The position numbers and the translations under genes are program-made. A model generated the notes under the pieces. It searched no databases. It saw only the letters and a program-made list of their open reading frames with translations, and was not told where the DNA came from. Shown here piece by piece: positions 46,608 to 56,701 of a stretch of 64,000 nt of DNA (position 1 is the first letter of the stretch; the number at the start of each line of letters is the position of its first letter). The stretch covers positions 32,001 through 96,000 of IMG/VR virus record IMGVR_UViG_3300045988_101018. One strand, written 5' to 3'. This stretch comes from a virus.

Positions 46608-49600
46608 TCATAATTTTCAAGTACAATCTCGCGCTCATCTGACTTTTGCCATTCACCATTAATCTTCTTGTTCTTGAAGTCATATGTAAATCCTTCAATC
46701 TTCAAGATAGAATACATGCCAAATGGAGTCTCCTTGAACACCTTTGACTGCTTAATTCTACACCCTATCTCTTCGCCGTCACAAATTCTACGCAAAACAA
46801 GATTGGGAGTGCAGGGATTCTTGTATGTCACAAAGCCAGTGACAATATAATAATCGTCTGCCATATTGGAGTTAACATAATTCACATAGCCAAGATAATC
46901 CATCTCCGCTCTTACTTGAGAAACAATATCAAGAGATTTATTCTCAAGTCTATTACAAAGCTCATTGATTAATCCTTGGTTATCGAGCTGTCTCCACTGT
47001 GATTTCGTCTCCTTGCCAGCATACTTTTGCATCAGATAATCAGATACGCCAAGCTCCTCCATCTTCTTTTTGGCAATGATTTTTGAGTTGGCAAACTTAT
47101 CATAGATATCAACAACATCTAACAGATACCTATTCTTACCAAAGTCTGAAAAGAAATTAAGACTGATAAGGATGGTCAGCTGTCTAGAGTTAATAGATGT
47201 CTTATCTTTAATGTCTTTCAGCAGCTCCGTAAACGAATCATACTTGTTCTTAGATAGCTCAAGTAGTTCATCTGCGATTTGACGATTACAATGCTTTACA
47301 CTGGCAATGCCCTTATATACACAGTTCTCCTTCTTATCCATTGTATAATCAGCAGTTGATTTACCAAACTTAATCGGCTTAAGCTCAATACCGTTTCTCT
47401 TCGCATATGCAATGATTTCCAAACACTTGGCATCGTCTTCTGCATAAATGTTTAAAGCTGTTGTAACTGTCTCAAGCTTGTAATAACAACGTAGATAACC
47501 AACAACATAGCCAAGAAAACTATATGGTACAGCGTGATTATGTGAGAATAGATATGAACTTGCATCAATAATTACCTTGATAAAATTCTCAATAAGCCTA
47601 TCTGCTTCTTCCTTCTCTACACCATACTTTTCCTTCATTGTCTTGATAAATCCTTCCTTAATCTTAGGAATAAACTTATCAGTACCAGTCTTCTTAGCAA
47701 AGCCACGGCGAACAATGTCGGCTTCTCCCATTGTGTAACCACAGAAAGAATGCAGGAACTCGATAATCTGTTCCTGATATACCAAATATCCTAGCGTTGG
47801 AGCCAAAAATTTATTTAGTGCTTCATGTCCATTATCACGATATTTACCAATAGAAAGTTCCTCTCGATAACTTGCACCAGCAGGTCTGATTGCGCCGTTT
47901 GCCATTGACATTAGTTCGATATATGAGAAGTCTGGGTTCTTTTCTCTAATCTTCGCAATCGTCTCATCGCTAAACAGCTGCTTAATATAGTCACCTGCAT
48001 ATGAAGACTCAAACTGAAAAATCATAGTACAGTCATCCCTAATCTCATTCCATACTTTCACATCATCAAATGAGATATTATCAGGAGTAATTCTAGGAAT
48101 GCCAGCTAAATCACACGTCTCATTGATAAGACCAACGCAATCAAGACCAAGAACATCAAGTTTAACAAACTGTAAACCATCAAGTTCCTTCATGTTGATT
48201 TGAGAAATCATATTGTCGTTTGATTTAGTACTACAAAGACCAAACCACTCGTCAACAGGATAAGGAGAAACAACCAGACCAGATGGATGATTGCCAATTG
48301 ATACGATTGTACCTTTTACAATATCAACATATTTAAATAGCTCTGGATATTTATCTGTATAGTAGGCATCAATGCAATCCTTCTTTTTATCATCTTGGTA
48401 AACAGCATCGCTAATAGTCTGAGTATCCTCAACGCCCATACCAAGCGCCCTGCCAACATCTTTAATAGCGCCCTTCATGGCAATAGTGTTGAATGTAACA
48501 ATATCGCAGCAATACAAGCCGTCCTTATTGAACATATAATCTCTTACTTTATATCTGTCTTTTTTAGACCAGTCTGTATCAATATCAGCAAGCGACACAC
48601 GCTCTTTATTCATAAAACGTTCAAAGTTAAGGTTATATTTAATTGAATCTACCTCTGTAATACCAAGAAGATACGCAATTACACTGCCACTTACCGATCC
48701 ACGGGAATATCCATACGACACACCATGCTTTTTAAGAGCGGCCTTATAATCCTCGTCAAGTAGCAGAAAGTCAACGGCTCCATTATGCTTATATGTATCT
48801 AGCTCATATTGAATCTTCTTCTTATACTCGTCAAAGTTTGGGTATTTATCAATACCCCTCTTCTTAATGCCATCAACAATTTTCTTCTTTAACGTTCCTT
48901 CAGAATCAGCATATAGCTTAGGGTACTTCTTTGAATAGTCAAGCTCGAACTCTTCAATAGAATCAGCCATGATATTTGTGTTATCAATTGCCTGCATATA
49001 TACGTTCTCTGGTAGTGAATTCTGGATCTTATATGCAGCAACAAGCTCGTCATAGGTCTTGAAAGTTAAATCCCAATCATCTTCATCAGAAAAGAACACG
49101 TTCTTGGCTTTTTGAAGAATCTTTCGCCCCTCAACATGCTCGTCATTAAGGCAGTGTGTATCTGTGCCAGCAATCAGAGGAATGCCAGTCTTCATACTAA
49201 TAGCATATAATGCCTTATTATATGTAATTTGGTCTATACAATTATGATGTTGAATCTCAAGATAGCATCTATCCTTATTAGTAATAAGGAATTTCATAAA
49301 TCTCTTCTTTGTATCATTGCTACCCTTGTTTAACACACCGCCAAGACAAGCGGTTGTAATAATGATATTGTCCGATGTTGCGAACAGCTCTTCAAAAGTA
49401 ATGCGCGGCATATAGTAGAAGTGATAATCGTCTCGATGAAATGACTTAGACACCATCTTATTAAGCTCTTTAACGCCATCATAGTTCTTAGCAATCAGAA
49501 CACAGTGATAATTATCCCTGTGCTTGTCTTCAACATCATTGTCTTCTGTTAGGTATGCTTCTACAGCATGAATGTATTTCATACCAGCAGCTTCAATCGC

Positions 49601-49774
49601 TTGCTTTTTATGAACCCACTCAAAGATGCAGCCATGCTCACTAAATGCCATCGCTTTCATACCAATGGAAGCGGCATAATCAACATACTCTGTATATTTT
49701 GTAACCGAATCCACATTAGTGACCCCATTGCTTAGATCCGAATGGCAATGATACACACAATAGTTATCCTGCAT
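46592..49774 (-). CDS. dnaE: DNA polymerase III alpha subunit (DnaE-type, N-terminal PHP domain)
   Basis: PHP motif YHCHSDLSNG...EHG. Polymerase core motif GYSRGSVSGSVIAYLLGITEVDSIKYNLNFERFMNKERVSLADIDTDW. Ends with TAG. Confidence 0.8.
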   Translation of the reverse strand: MQDNYCVYHCHSDLSNGVTNVDSVTKYTEYVDYAASIGMKAMAFSEHGCIFEWVHKKQAIEAAGMKYIHAVEAYLTEDNDVEDKHRDNYHCVLIAKNYDGVKELNKMVSKSFHRDDYHFYYMPRITFEELFATSDNIIITTACLGGVLNKGSNDTKKRFMKFLITNKDRCYLEIQHHNCIDQITYNKALYAISMKTGIPLIAGTDTHCLNDEHVEGRKILQKAKNVFFSDEDDWDLTFKTYDELVAAYKIQNSLPENVYMQAIDNTNIMADSIEEFELDYSKKYPKLYADSEGTLKKKIVDGIKKRGIDKYPNFDEYKKKIQYELDTYKHNGAVDFLLLDEDYKAALKKHGVSYGYSRGSVSGSVIAYLLGITEVDSIKYNLNFERFMNKERVSLADIDTDWSKKDRYKVRDYMFNKDGLYCCDIVTFNTIAMKGAIKDVGRALGMGVEDTQTISDAVYQDDKKKDCIDAYYTDKYPELFKYVDIVKGTIVSIGNHPSGLVVSPYPVDEWFGLCSTKSNDNMISQINMKELDGLQFVKLDVLGLDCVGLINETCDLAGIPRITPDNISFDDVKVWNEIRDDCTMIFQFESSYAGDYIKQLFSDETIAKIREKNPDFSYIELMSMANGAIRPAGASYREELSIGKYRDNGHEALNKFLAPTLGYLVYQEQIIEFLHSFCGYTMGEADIVRRGFAKKTGTDKFIPKIKEGFIKTMKEKYGVEKEEADRLIENFIKVIIDASSYLFSHNHAVPYSFLGYVVGYLRCYYKLETVTTALNIYAEDDAKCLEIIAYAKRNGIELKPIKFGKSTADYTMDKKENCVYKGIASVKHCNRQIADELLELSKNKYDSFTELLKDIKDKTSINSRQLTILISLNFFSDFGKNRYLLDVVDIYDKFANSKIIAKKKMEELGVSDYLMQKYAGKETKSQWRQLDNQGLINELCNRLENKSLDIVSQVRAEMDYLGYVNYVNSNMADDYYIVTGFVTYKNPCTPNLVLRRICDGEEIGCRIKQSKVFKETPFGMYSILKIEGFTYDFKNKKINGEWQKSDEREIVLENYECMKG

Positions 49775-49790
49775 ATATGCACCCTCTCAA

Positions 49791-49826
49791 TAAAAAATTA
49801 GGGGAAACAAACGTCTCCCCTAAGTA
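49791..49826 (-). terminator. rho-independent terminator (minus strand)
   Basis: ttagggga...tcccctaa hairpin with an A-run on the plus side, giving a T-run on the minus strand. Confidence 0.5.
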
Positions 49827-49868
49827 TAGCATATATTCGCTTTAATTTGCCTGTGTTTTATTAAAATA

Positions 49869-50165
49869 TTATCGGTTTGAAATAAAAAATGCAATTGCAA
49901 ACCCAATAAGCATTATTAATATACCAGCAAAACCAGACAGCAAAATTTTAATAATCGTTATGCCGACAATTGTTGCAGTCAAAGTACCAGCATCAAAGCA
50001 CTGGCAAGCGTAAATAATAGGCTCAACTAGCATTACCCAAATGCTCACATAGAATCCGATGATAATACTAATTGCATATACGATAGCGCCAAGCCAATCA
50101 CGAATCTTATTAAACATATCCATACTATTACTCTTCATCGTCATCAACAGTACAGCGCGGAACAA
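49869..50165 (-). CDS. small integral membrane protein
   Basis: 98 aa, three hydrophobic segments. Confidence 0.4.
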   Translation of the reverse strand: MFRAVLLMTMKSNSMDMFNKIRDWLGAIVYAISIIIGFYVSIWVMLVEPIIYACQCFDAGTLTATIVGITIIKILLSGFAGILIMLIGFAIAFFISNR

Positions 50166-50289
50166 AAACTACATCGTCCATTACGCCGTTCTCATCATGT
50201 AGCACAACGCAATCAAGCTCATCGTTGATTGCAAGATACTCCATATCAACATCAAATTCTACCATATTAACCACCTTAAAACAATAATT

Positions 50290-50601
50290 TTATATATCAG
50301 AACGCTTAATCACATATCGGTTACACTCTTCTACCACCCAATTGGTATCAAGTATAGCTACATTGTCACGATATTTAACCTTGATTTCTGACCCATAATA
50401 AAGAACTGGGAAATAGCTAAGCGGCGTATTCAGCAAAATAGCAAATGATTTATCCATATTGTCATCTTGATATGCCCATACGTTTTCTGGTATACCATCT
50501 CTACACTCGATTAAAACTCTAATGGTTCCATTATCAAGCTCTTCTTTTTTAAGAGACTTCAAGAATTCAGATTTATTGCAAATCATCTTGTTGGCCTTCA
50601 T
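50290..50601 (-). CDS. hypothetical protein
   Basis: ORF only. Confidence 0.35.
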   Translation of the reverse strand: MKANKMICNKSEFLKSLKKEELDNGTIRVLIECRDGIPENVWAYQDDNMDKSFAILLNTPLSYFPVLYYGSEIKVKYRDNVAILDTNWVVEECNRYVIKRSDI

Positions 50602-50902
50602 ACTTTGCCTTTAGTCTGGCAAGCTCTGCAAGCTCCTTATTTCTAAATTCTTCTTTCTCTTTCTTTTGCATTGCCTTCTCAGCTTCATCAAGTTCTTTAA
50701 GGAGTGCGGTATAATCAGTATCATCAAACTCATATTTTTCTAAGCTATACGCATCGCACATATACTCATAGTCGCTTGGCTTTGTTCTCATGTAATATTC
50801 CATACATTTCTCTGTGTCTTCTTCGCTCGTAAAATAGCCAAGACAAAACTCAGTATCGTAATCACGAAAACGAACAAGATAGATAGACATAATCAACCTC
50901 AT
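50573..50902 (-). CDS. hypothetical protein
   Basis: ORF only. Acidic. Confidence 0.35.
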   Translation of the reverse strand: MRLIMSIYLVRFRDYDTEFCLGYFTSEEDTEKCMEYYMRTKPSDYEYMCDAYSLEKYEFDDTDYTALLKELDEAEKAMQKKEKEEFRNKELAELARLKAKYEGQQDDLQ

Positions 50903-51099
50903 CTACTCAAGAACTATTACCATATCGCCATCTCTAATATTAATGTAGCCAATATAATCTATGTATCGCATATCATATTCACCATATGGATGGTCATAGG
51001 TTGCAGCAGATATAGGCACACGCACAACAACATCAAAGTCTGGATATTTCAGCAGCTCTTCTGCAAGCTCTTTTGCTTTCATTGTAGCATATTCTTTCT

Positions 51100-51294
51100 T
51101 TAAAACAGGTTATAGAACAAAGCAGGCAGAGTTCTCTTCCACTCGCCGTTTTTATATTCATACCCATTCATATAAATCTTGTCACCGATAATGCTGATTG
51201 ATGAGCGTTTTGAATTTGAAGGACATTTGGGAAGCGGTCTAGTATCGATATATACTTCACCGCAACACTGAACTATAGTATGCTCTGTATCCAT
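51100..51294 (-). CDS. hypothetical small protein
   Basis: ORF only. Confidence 0.3.
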   Translation of the reverse strand: MDTEHTIVQCCGEVYIDTRPLPKCPSNSKRSSISIIGDKIYMNGYEYKNGEWKRTLPALFYNLF

Positions 51295-51308
51295 TAAACC
51301 AACATCTC

Positions 51309-51593
51309 CTACACTCTAAAGAAACCGAGCCAGCAGCGGCATCGCGTTCCCTCTTTAATAGCACCGCCGTCAATCATCTCTTGGCTTATAGTATATCCCT
51401 CTTCGATACCATCAATAGCCCAAGGATTAGTCTCATACACATAAACCACTTGACAATAGAACCACTCAGAAGGATTTTTCGGCTTTCTAATCTTCTGCGT
51501 CTCTGTGTCTACGATATAGATATCGTTGTTTTTAATATCTTCACCAGCTATGTAATCCTTTATGACCCCACCATGGGTAAGAATTGGCGGCAT
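51309..51593 (-). CDS. hypothetical protein
   Basis: ORF only. Confidence 0.35.
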   Translation of the reverse strand: MPPILTHGGVIKDYIAGEDIKNNDIYIVDTETQKIRKPKNPSEWFYCQVVYVYETNPWAIDGIEEGYTISQEMIDGGAIKEGTRCRCWLGFFRV

Positions 51594-51602
51594 TTTGTCT
51601 CC

Positions 51603-51800
51603 TTAAAATCGCTGTCGCAGGTTTAATACGATTGTTTTTGTCTTATCGTCTGCATACCCATCTACGGGACAGAAATGTAAGGACTCTGGACTACTCAAAT
51701 CATGGCTGCAATTGTCATCAAAATCATAATCCCAAATAAAGCTTGTGATTTCGTAATCTGGATATCCCATCATTAAGTTCATTAAATCTCTGGCAGTCAT
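51603..51800 (-). CDS. hypothetical small protein
   Basis: ORF only. Confidence 0.3.
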   Translation of the reverse strand: MTARDLMNLMMGYPDYEITSFIWDYDFDDNCSHDLSSPESLHFCPVDGYADDKTKTIVLNLRQRF

Positions 51801-52408
51801 TACACTTTCTTTCTAAAGACCCTAAATTTAATTTCGTACTCTCGACCGGCTTTGCCCTTGTTAATGGCTTCGCCCTTAAACTTTAGCACGCCATTATCTT
51901 CACCGACATAGGTTACGCGCTCTTGCATATCGGGGTTTGGATATTGGTGCGTCACCTCGCCGTACTCGCTATTAAGGTCATGTCCTTTCTCATGGAACAC
52001 AAAGTAAGAAGCGTCTTCAACGCTCTTAAAATAAGACGTTTTCAGCTCATCCTTTTTATATTCGCCGATAACATCAACGACATAGACATACTTCTCAAAG
52101 CTCTTGACGGTATCGACCATCTTGTTATCAATATAAAATGCAAGCTCTGTCTCTGGGTCTACGATACCGTTTTTCGTATCGTATTCAGGTGATGATAGCT
52201 CAACGTAGATGTTTGTGTTAGCTTGCGACAGCCACATTCTACCGCCATGACACGAACACATCTCCCACGTAATAGACACTGGCAGGCAACCAGCCTTGAC
52301 TACGACCTTATAGGAGGATGCTTCCATAACAATAAATCCAGCTTCTTCTGCTTTCATTGCTATAGCCAACATGACCTTATCTTTTTTAACTAAATCAAGA
52401 GTAGTCAT
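51800..52408 (-). CDS. hypothetical protein
   Basis: 202-aa ORF. Confidence 0.4.
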   Translation of the reverse strand: MTTLDLVKKDKVMLAIAMKAEEAGFIVMEASSYKVVVKAGCLPVSITWEMCSCHGGRMWLSQANTNIYVELSSPEYDTKNGIVDPETELAFYIDNKMVDTVKSFEKYVYVVDVIGEYKKDELKTSYFKSVEDASYFVFHEKGHDLNSEYGEVTHQYPNPDMQERVTYVGEDNGVLKFKGEAINKGKAGREYEIKFRVFRKKV

Positions 52409-52417
52409 TATAATTCC

Positions 52418-52801
52418 TTAATCCTCGTCTGGAAGATACACGTCAATCGTATATCCAGTACCATAATAACCATTGCCATCCGTACCATATACATCAAGCA
52501 ACTCTGTTGTCATGCCGTCTGCGATAACGAAAATCTTATAGTGTTCATAATAACAATCATCCTCGAACTCTTCAACGAATTCAACGTTTGTAATTGCATT
52601 ATTTACAGATGCAATATGCTCCAAATAATAATTACCAGACTCACAGCCGCCGCACCCGATGTTTGGATTAATCTGAAGCACTACGCCGTTGTCAAGAACA
52701 AGGTTGTCATAATCATCTACTGTGACTTTATGCCCAATCAGCAGCTCTTCAATTTCTTTCTCGTTGCATTCGCAAAGCGTTCTATCTTTATACATTGTCA
52801 C
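52418..52801 (-). CDS. hypothetical Cys-rich protein (N-terminus M-x-K-D-R-T-L-C-E-C-N-E-K shared with 52788..53027)
   Basis: ORF plus a shared N-terminal module. Confidence 0.4.
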   Translation of the reverse strand: MTMYKDRTLCECNEKEIEELLIGHKVTVDDYDNLVLDNGVVLQINPNIGCGGCESGNYYLEHIASVNNAITNVEFVEEFEDDCYYEHYKIFVIADGMTTELLDVYGTDGNGYYGTGYTIDVYLPDED

Positions 52802-53027
52802 TCCTTAAGGCGCTCAAATCCATGCCCAGAATCTTGCCAACCTCAAATGCCGCCATACAGGTTGCGCATTTATATCCTTTACTAAAGCCATCAATCGAGC
52901 TATCACTTAGGCATCTACTACCACATTCTTTTCTATAACGTCCTTTTACCCAGTTTTCAAGATGTTCAATAATGTCAGGATTTTTCTCGTTGTATTCGCA
53001 AAGTGTTCTGTCTTTAGACATATCCAT
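52788..53027 (-). CDS. small Cys-rich protein (paralogue of 53433..53615)
   Basis: Shares PDIIEHLENWV ... C-A-T-C-M-A-A-F-E-V-G-K-I-L-G-M-D with 53433..53615. Confidence 0.4.
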   Translation of the reverse strand: MDMSKDRTLCEYNEKNPDIIEHLENWVKGRYRKECGSRCLSDSSIDGFSKGYKCATCMAAFEVGKILGMDLSALRSDNV

Positions 53028-53050
53028 TCCTTAAAACATATTTTTATTAT

Positions 53051-53413
53051 CTAATCGCAGCTAATAGTTAAATTCCTTTTAGGCAAGGAATAATATGCTT
53101 CAATATCAACATATGGACTACAAGTACAAGCTACGACATTGCTATTAAAATAATTATTTAGAGCCTTTTTAAGAATTCCATCAAGTGTAACCTCATCAAC
53201 AAGAATATTGTCGTATTGTATTTTGCCAGTTACAATATCAGAAATTAAAACTGGCTCTGAAATCTTGCATCCAAGTTTTGTAGCCGTACTTTTTATATTG
53301 TCAATCATTGTTTTATAAGCAACAACAATAGGATAGCCAGTTGCTTCGCTAATATGAATTAATTGGGTTGTTTTACCCATGCCACGGTCTTTAATAATAA
53401 GTTTCATAATCAA
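53051..53413 (-). CDS. small P-loop NTPase
   Basis: Walker A DRGMGKTT and Walker B ILVDEV. Confidence 0.4.
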   Translation of the reverse strand: MIMKLIIKDRGMGKTTQLIHISEATGYPIVVAYKTMIDNIKSTATKLGCKISEPVLISDIVTGKIQYDNILVDEVTLDGILKKALNNYFNSNVVACTCSPYVDIEAYYSLPKRNLTISCD

Positions 53414-53432
53414 TCCTTAAAATGTGTACTTA

Positions 53433-53615
53433 TTACTCGATATCCATACCTAGAATTTTACCAACATCAAATGCCGCAAGGCTTGTACCACACGCAACAC
53501 CATCTACAAAACAATTGTACGAATTGCCCTCTGAACATTCATAAGTCAATTCACAATCGCGTGCGTTATAGTTCTCTTCTACCCAATTCTTAAGCTGCTC
53601 AATAACGTCAGGCAT
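53433..53615 (-). CDS. small Cys-rich protein (paralogue of 52788..53027)
   Basis: MPDVIEQLKNWVEENY ... C-G-T-S-L-A-A-F-D-V-G-K-I-L-G-M-D. Confidence 0.4.
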   Translation of the reverse strand: MPDVIEQLKNWVEENYNARDCELTYECSEGNSYNCFVDGVACGTSLAAFDVGKILGMDIE

Positions 53616-53638
53616 ATTATCTCCTTAGAATAAATGTT

Positions 53639-54052
53639 TTACTCCACAATACGATAAGGTGGAACAATACTACTGATATACGTCATTACATCTTTATTTG
53701 AAGAAAAGCTTTCAAGTTTACTCTTGCTAATAACAGAAGGTTCACGCTCCCAAACAAGCTCTGGTTTATATTTATCATATAAATCCTCTACGTTTAGTAC
53801 AAACGGAAATTGAAGCGGGATTGAATCATATACATCAGTAATGCTTGCTATCGGGTCGTTAATATTAATTAGATCATCGTTAAACTCTCGTTCTTTATAA
53901 AAAACAGCGCTTATGTCTTCATCCAATTCTTCTTCTGTTGGAGTGCCAACAACAAACCAATCATTATCTATGTCTTTGCCTTCAAGCAGAAGAAGCATAT
54001 CACCATATCCATTGATAACAATCATATAGCTTTTCATGTCTGACTTTTTCAT
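53639..54052 (-). CDS. hypothetical protein
   Basis: 137-aa ORF. Confidence 0.35.
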   Translation of the reverse strand: MKKSDMKSYMIVINGYGDMLLLLEGKDIDNDWFVVGTPTEEELDEDISAVFYKEREFNDDLININDPIASITDVYDSIPLQFPFVLNVEDLYDKYKPELVWEREPSVISKSKLESFSSNKDVMTYISSIVPPYRIVE

Positions 54053-54075
54053 ATTTGTTCCTTAAAATAGATATT

Positions 54076-55026
54076 TTACTGCTTCATAAAACTAAGGATC
54101 CATGCAATTACGTCAACAGTCCAACCATTGCCGATCGCCTTGACCCTGTTGCTCCTAACCCAACCTTCTGTATACCCATCAGGCAGCGTTTGAAGGCGCT
54201 CTAGCTCGGTGCAAGTCAAACGTCTAATCGTATTGTCGTAATACACAGATGCATCGCAGGCACAATCAAGAGTAGATGACTTCTGCTTAATCACACGACC
54301 ACGCCGAGTCTTGCTAGTCGGGAATGATAGATTAACGCCATCACCATTATGCGCTACAATATAACCCTTCTTGGTTGCTTGATTGATACGTAGCTCGCCA
54401 TCAACTCGATTAACAATGGCAACAGCATTCTCTGGAAAGTATGAATCGAACATGATTCCCTTATGCTCAACCAATTCAACATCGGGATTGTCTTCAAGAA
54501 TATCAAGCAGCTTAATACCCTTGTCCTTTGGCTTTTCAACATTGGGGATATTAGTCCAATATGTACGCCAACGATTTTGTGCGCTCATAAGTTTACTGTT
54601 AATCTCAATAGGCTCAACGCCAAGCTTATCGGTGATAATATCTTTCCACACATCTTTCATCTTGACATTCTCAAATAGAAACAAGACATCTGGATTCTTT
54701 GTCTTAATGTCATTAAGAATATCAACGAATTCAAAAAATAGTTTACTGCGCTCATCCTTGAAATTAAGCATCATACCAGCACGAGAGAAGCCCTGACAAG
54801 GCGTGCCTGACAAAACCAAGTCGATATGCGGCAAATCCCATTCACGCCACTTAGTAATATCACCAAGACGAATAATACCATCGTGGTTCTTCTTAGAAAT
54901 AGCAATGGCATTCTAGTCAATCTCGCTTGAAAAATACTTATTCACCTTGATGCCAGCGCGGTCAAGAGCGACCTTGCCACACGAAATACCATCACATAGA
55001 TTTAAAACGTTAATACCATTGCTCAC
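54076..55026 (-). pseudogene. DNA (cytosine-5)-methyltransferase interrupted by an in-frame amber codon
   Basis: GTG start after AGGAGG. Motif I-like LNLCDGISCG, then ...FSSEID-TAG-NAIAISKKNHDGIIRLGDITKW..., then motif IV GTPCQGFS, then ENV. The TAG (plus-strand cta at 54913-54915) sits where homologues have K or P (EIDKYA). All motifs share one frame. Confidence 0.6.
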
Positions 55027-55044
55027 TGTATATCCTCCTACAAG

Positions 55045-56253
55045 TTAGGCTAGTTCATCTAACCAAGATAAATCTACTTCATCGGTCTTATTATTGCATA
55101 TATCCTGACTAGTTACAACATCGTTTTTAGAATTATTACCGACATTATCGAATAAATCAATGCCATTCTTCTGTGCTTCTAGCTTATCTAGGTATTCTTT
55201 ATATGGCTTATGTAGATTTGCACTGTATCCCATTAATGTCGAGAAGTAATACGACTGCGCTTTAACATCTTCCTCAGAATCCCAAAACGCGGCATCGCTC
55301 TTAGTCTCTTCGTAATCTTTCTCGCGCATGTTAATATCTTGAATGGTAGACACAATCGTATCAGTCCACTTATCAATTAACTCCTGTGTAAATGGAATAA
55401 ATACATGGCAATCTGTAATCACATACTTATCACGTACATCATCTGGCAATACATCAATGGTGTTTGTATCAATAAGAAGCTTCAGATAATTATCAACTTC
55501 GTCTTCCGAATACCCATCGGCTTTAAGCCACATCTTAACATTTGTCTTGAGACTGTCACCAAGCTTATAGCGCTCTACCTGTCGCTCTTTTACTGCGCCA
55601 TTCTTCTGATGATACTGAACGTTACAATACTTTAAGAAATTAAAGCAAATCTTTACCTTATCAAGTGGAATACCAGCTTGTACTAGTCCTAATCCATAGA
55701 TAGTTAGCTGCCCTGAATGCTCTTCAAGCGTCTTGCCCTTGTACATAGAGCTAGTTTTAAAATCTATGATATTATAGCAACCATTATCATCCTTGAACAA
55801 TGCATCGATATAGCCAACAAATACATTATCACCAACCTGTGCAATTACAGGCTTCTCAATAAGCAGTTTATGCTCATACTTAATATGGTTTTTAAAGAAG
55901 ATTTGTAAATCTTCCTTGTATTTAGCCTTGATACTAGCATCATGCTCTTCATCATTACGGTCAAGCTTAAGGTCTGCAATGTCAATGGCAGTAAGCCAAC
56001 CATCCTCGAACTGACTAATCATATCTTCATATGAAATATCACCCTCATAGAATGCGTCAAGAGTGTCATGTGCGATAGATCCGAGTGGCGCATATCCGCA
56101 GTCTGTTCTATCTTCATTCACGTGCTTGACGTATTTAAGATAATACTCGTACTTAGAAGTCATGTAGGTATTTACACGACTCCATGACCATATACGTGAT
56201 ACGCTGTATTTTTCTTTGATTTTATCAAGTTCTTCTTTTGACAAACGCGCCAT
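55045..56253 (-). CDS. PD-(D/E)XK family nuclease (RecB/Cas4-like exonuclease)
   Basis: GYIDALF ... IIDFKTS ... QLTIYGL matches the D...D-x-K...Q-x-x-x-Y pattern. Confidence 0.5.
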   Translation of the reverse strand: MARLSKEELDKIKEKYSVSRIWSWSRVNTYMTSKYEYYLKYVKHVNEDRTDCGYAPLGSIAHDTLDAFYEGDISYEDMISQFEDGWLTAIDIADLKLDRNDEEHDASIKAKYKEDLQIFFKNHIKYEHKLLIEKPVIAQVGDNVFVGYIDALFKDDNGCYNIIDFKTSSMYKGKTLEEHSGQLTIYGLGLVQAGIPLDKVKICFNFLKYCNVQYHQKNGAVKERQVERYKLGDSLKTNVKMWLKADGYSEDEVDNYLKLLIDTNTIDVLPDDVRDKYVITDCHVFIPFTQELIDKWTDTIVSTIQDINMREKDYEETKSDAAFWDSEEDVKAQSYYFSTLMGYSANLHKPYKEYLDKLEAQKNGIDLFDNVGNNSKNDVVTSQDICNNKTDEVDLSWLDELA

Positions 56254-56474
56254 TAATACAACTCCTTTGTAATGTATTCAAACGGATAGTTATTCTCTAA
56301 ACAAAACTTCTTAGCCTGTTTACGTTTGTTGAAATAGTATTTCTCTTCTGGAATACAGACTTGTGTTTCTTCTGGTGTAATACCTATGCATGTGCCAAAC
56401 TTTTTTGTGCTAAAAGAAATTTCTTTCTTTGTATGTTCTGGAATCGTTACGACATAAAATGTGTCTAGCTCCAT
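56253..56474 (-). CDS. hypothetical small protein
   Basis: ORF only. Confidence 0.3.
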   Translation of the reverse strand: MELDTFYVVTIPEHTKKEISFSTKKFGTCIGITPEETQVCIPEEKYYFNKRKQAKKFCLENNYPFEYITKELY

Positions 56475-56493
56475 ATCGTCTCCCTATACAAAT

Positions 56494-56526
56494 AATGACC
56501 GCCTTATATACGGTCATTATTATATC
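56494..56526. promoter_or_regulatory. perfect 11-bp inverted repeat aataatgaccg-N11-cggtcattatt
   Basis: Seen directly in the AT-rich 228-bp intergenic region. Confidence 0.4.
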
Positions 56527-56701
56527 ACAATATTAAATTGAATTAGACGTTAAAGGTATGTTTTATTCTTTGATAATTCCAATATTTTTTGTTGCTTCCA
56601 ATTGCTATTTGGAATTAACATTTTTATTGGAATTATCAAACTTTTAAAATCACGATTTTAAAGCTTTTTTCGTCAACAAAACCGCAGGTCAGAGCGTTGT
56701 T

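Noticed and set aside
54913-54915. TAG recoding (amber to amino acid) as the explanation for the interrupted methyltransferase.
   Set aside because: TAG is the stop of the Pol III alpha gene (46592-46594) and of several shufflon cassettes, with clean gene boundaries. A point nonsense mutation or a read error is simpler.
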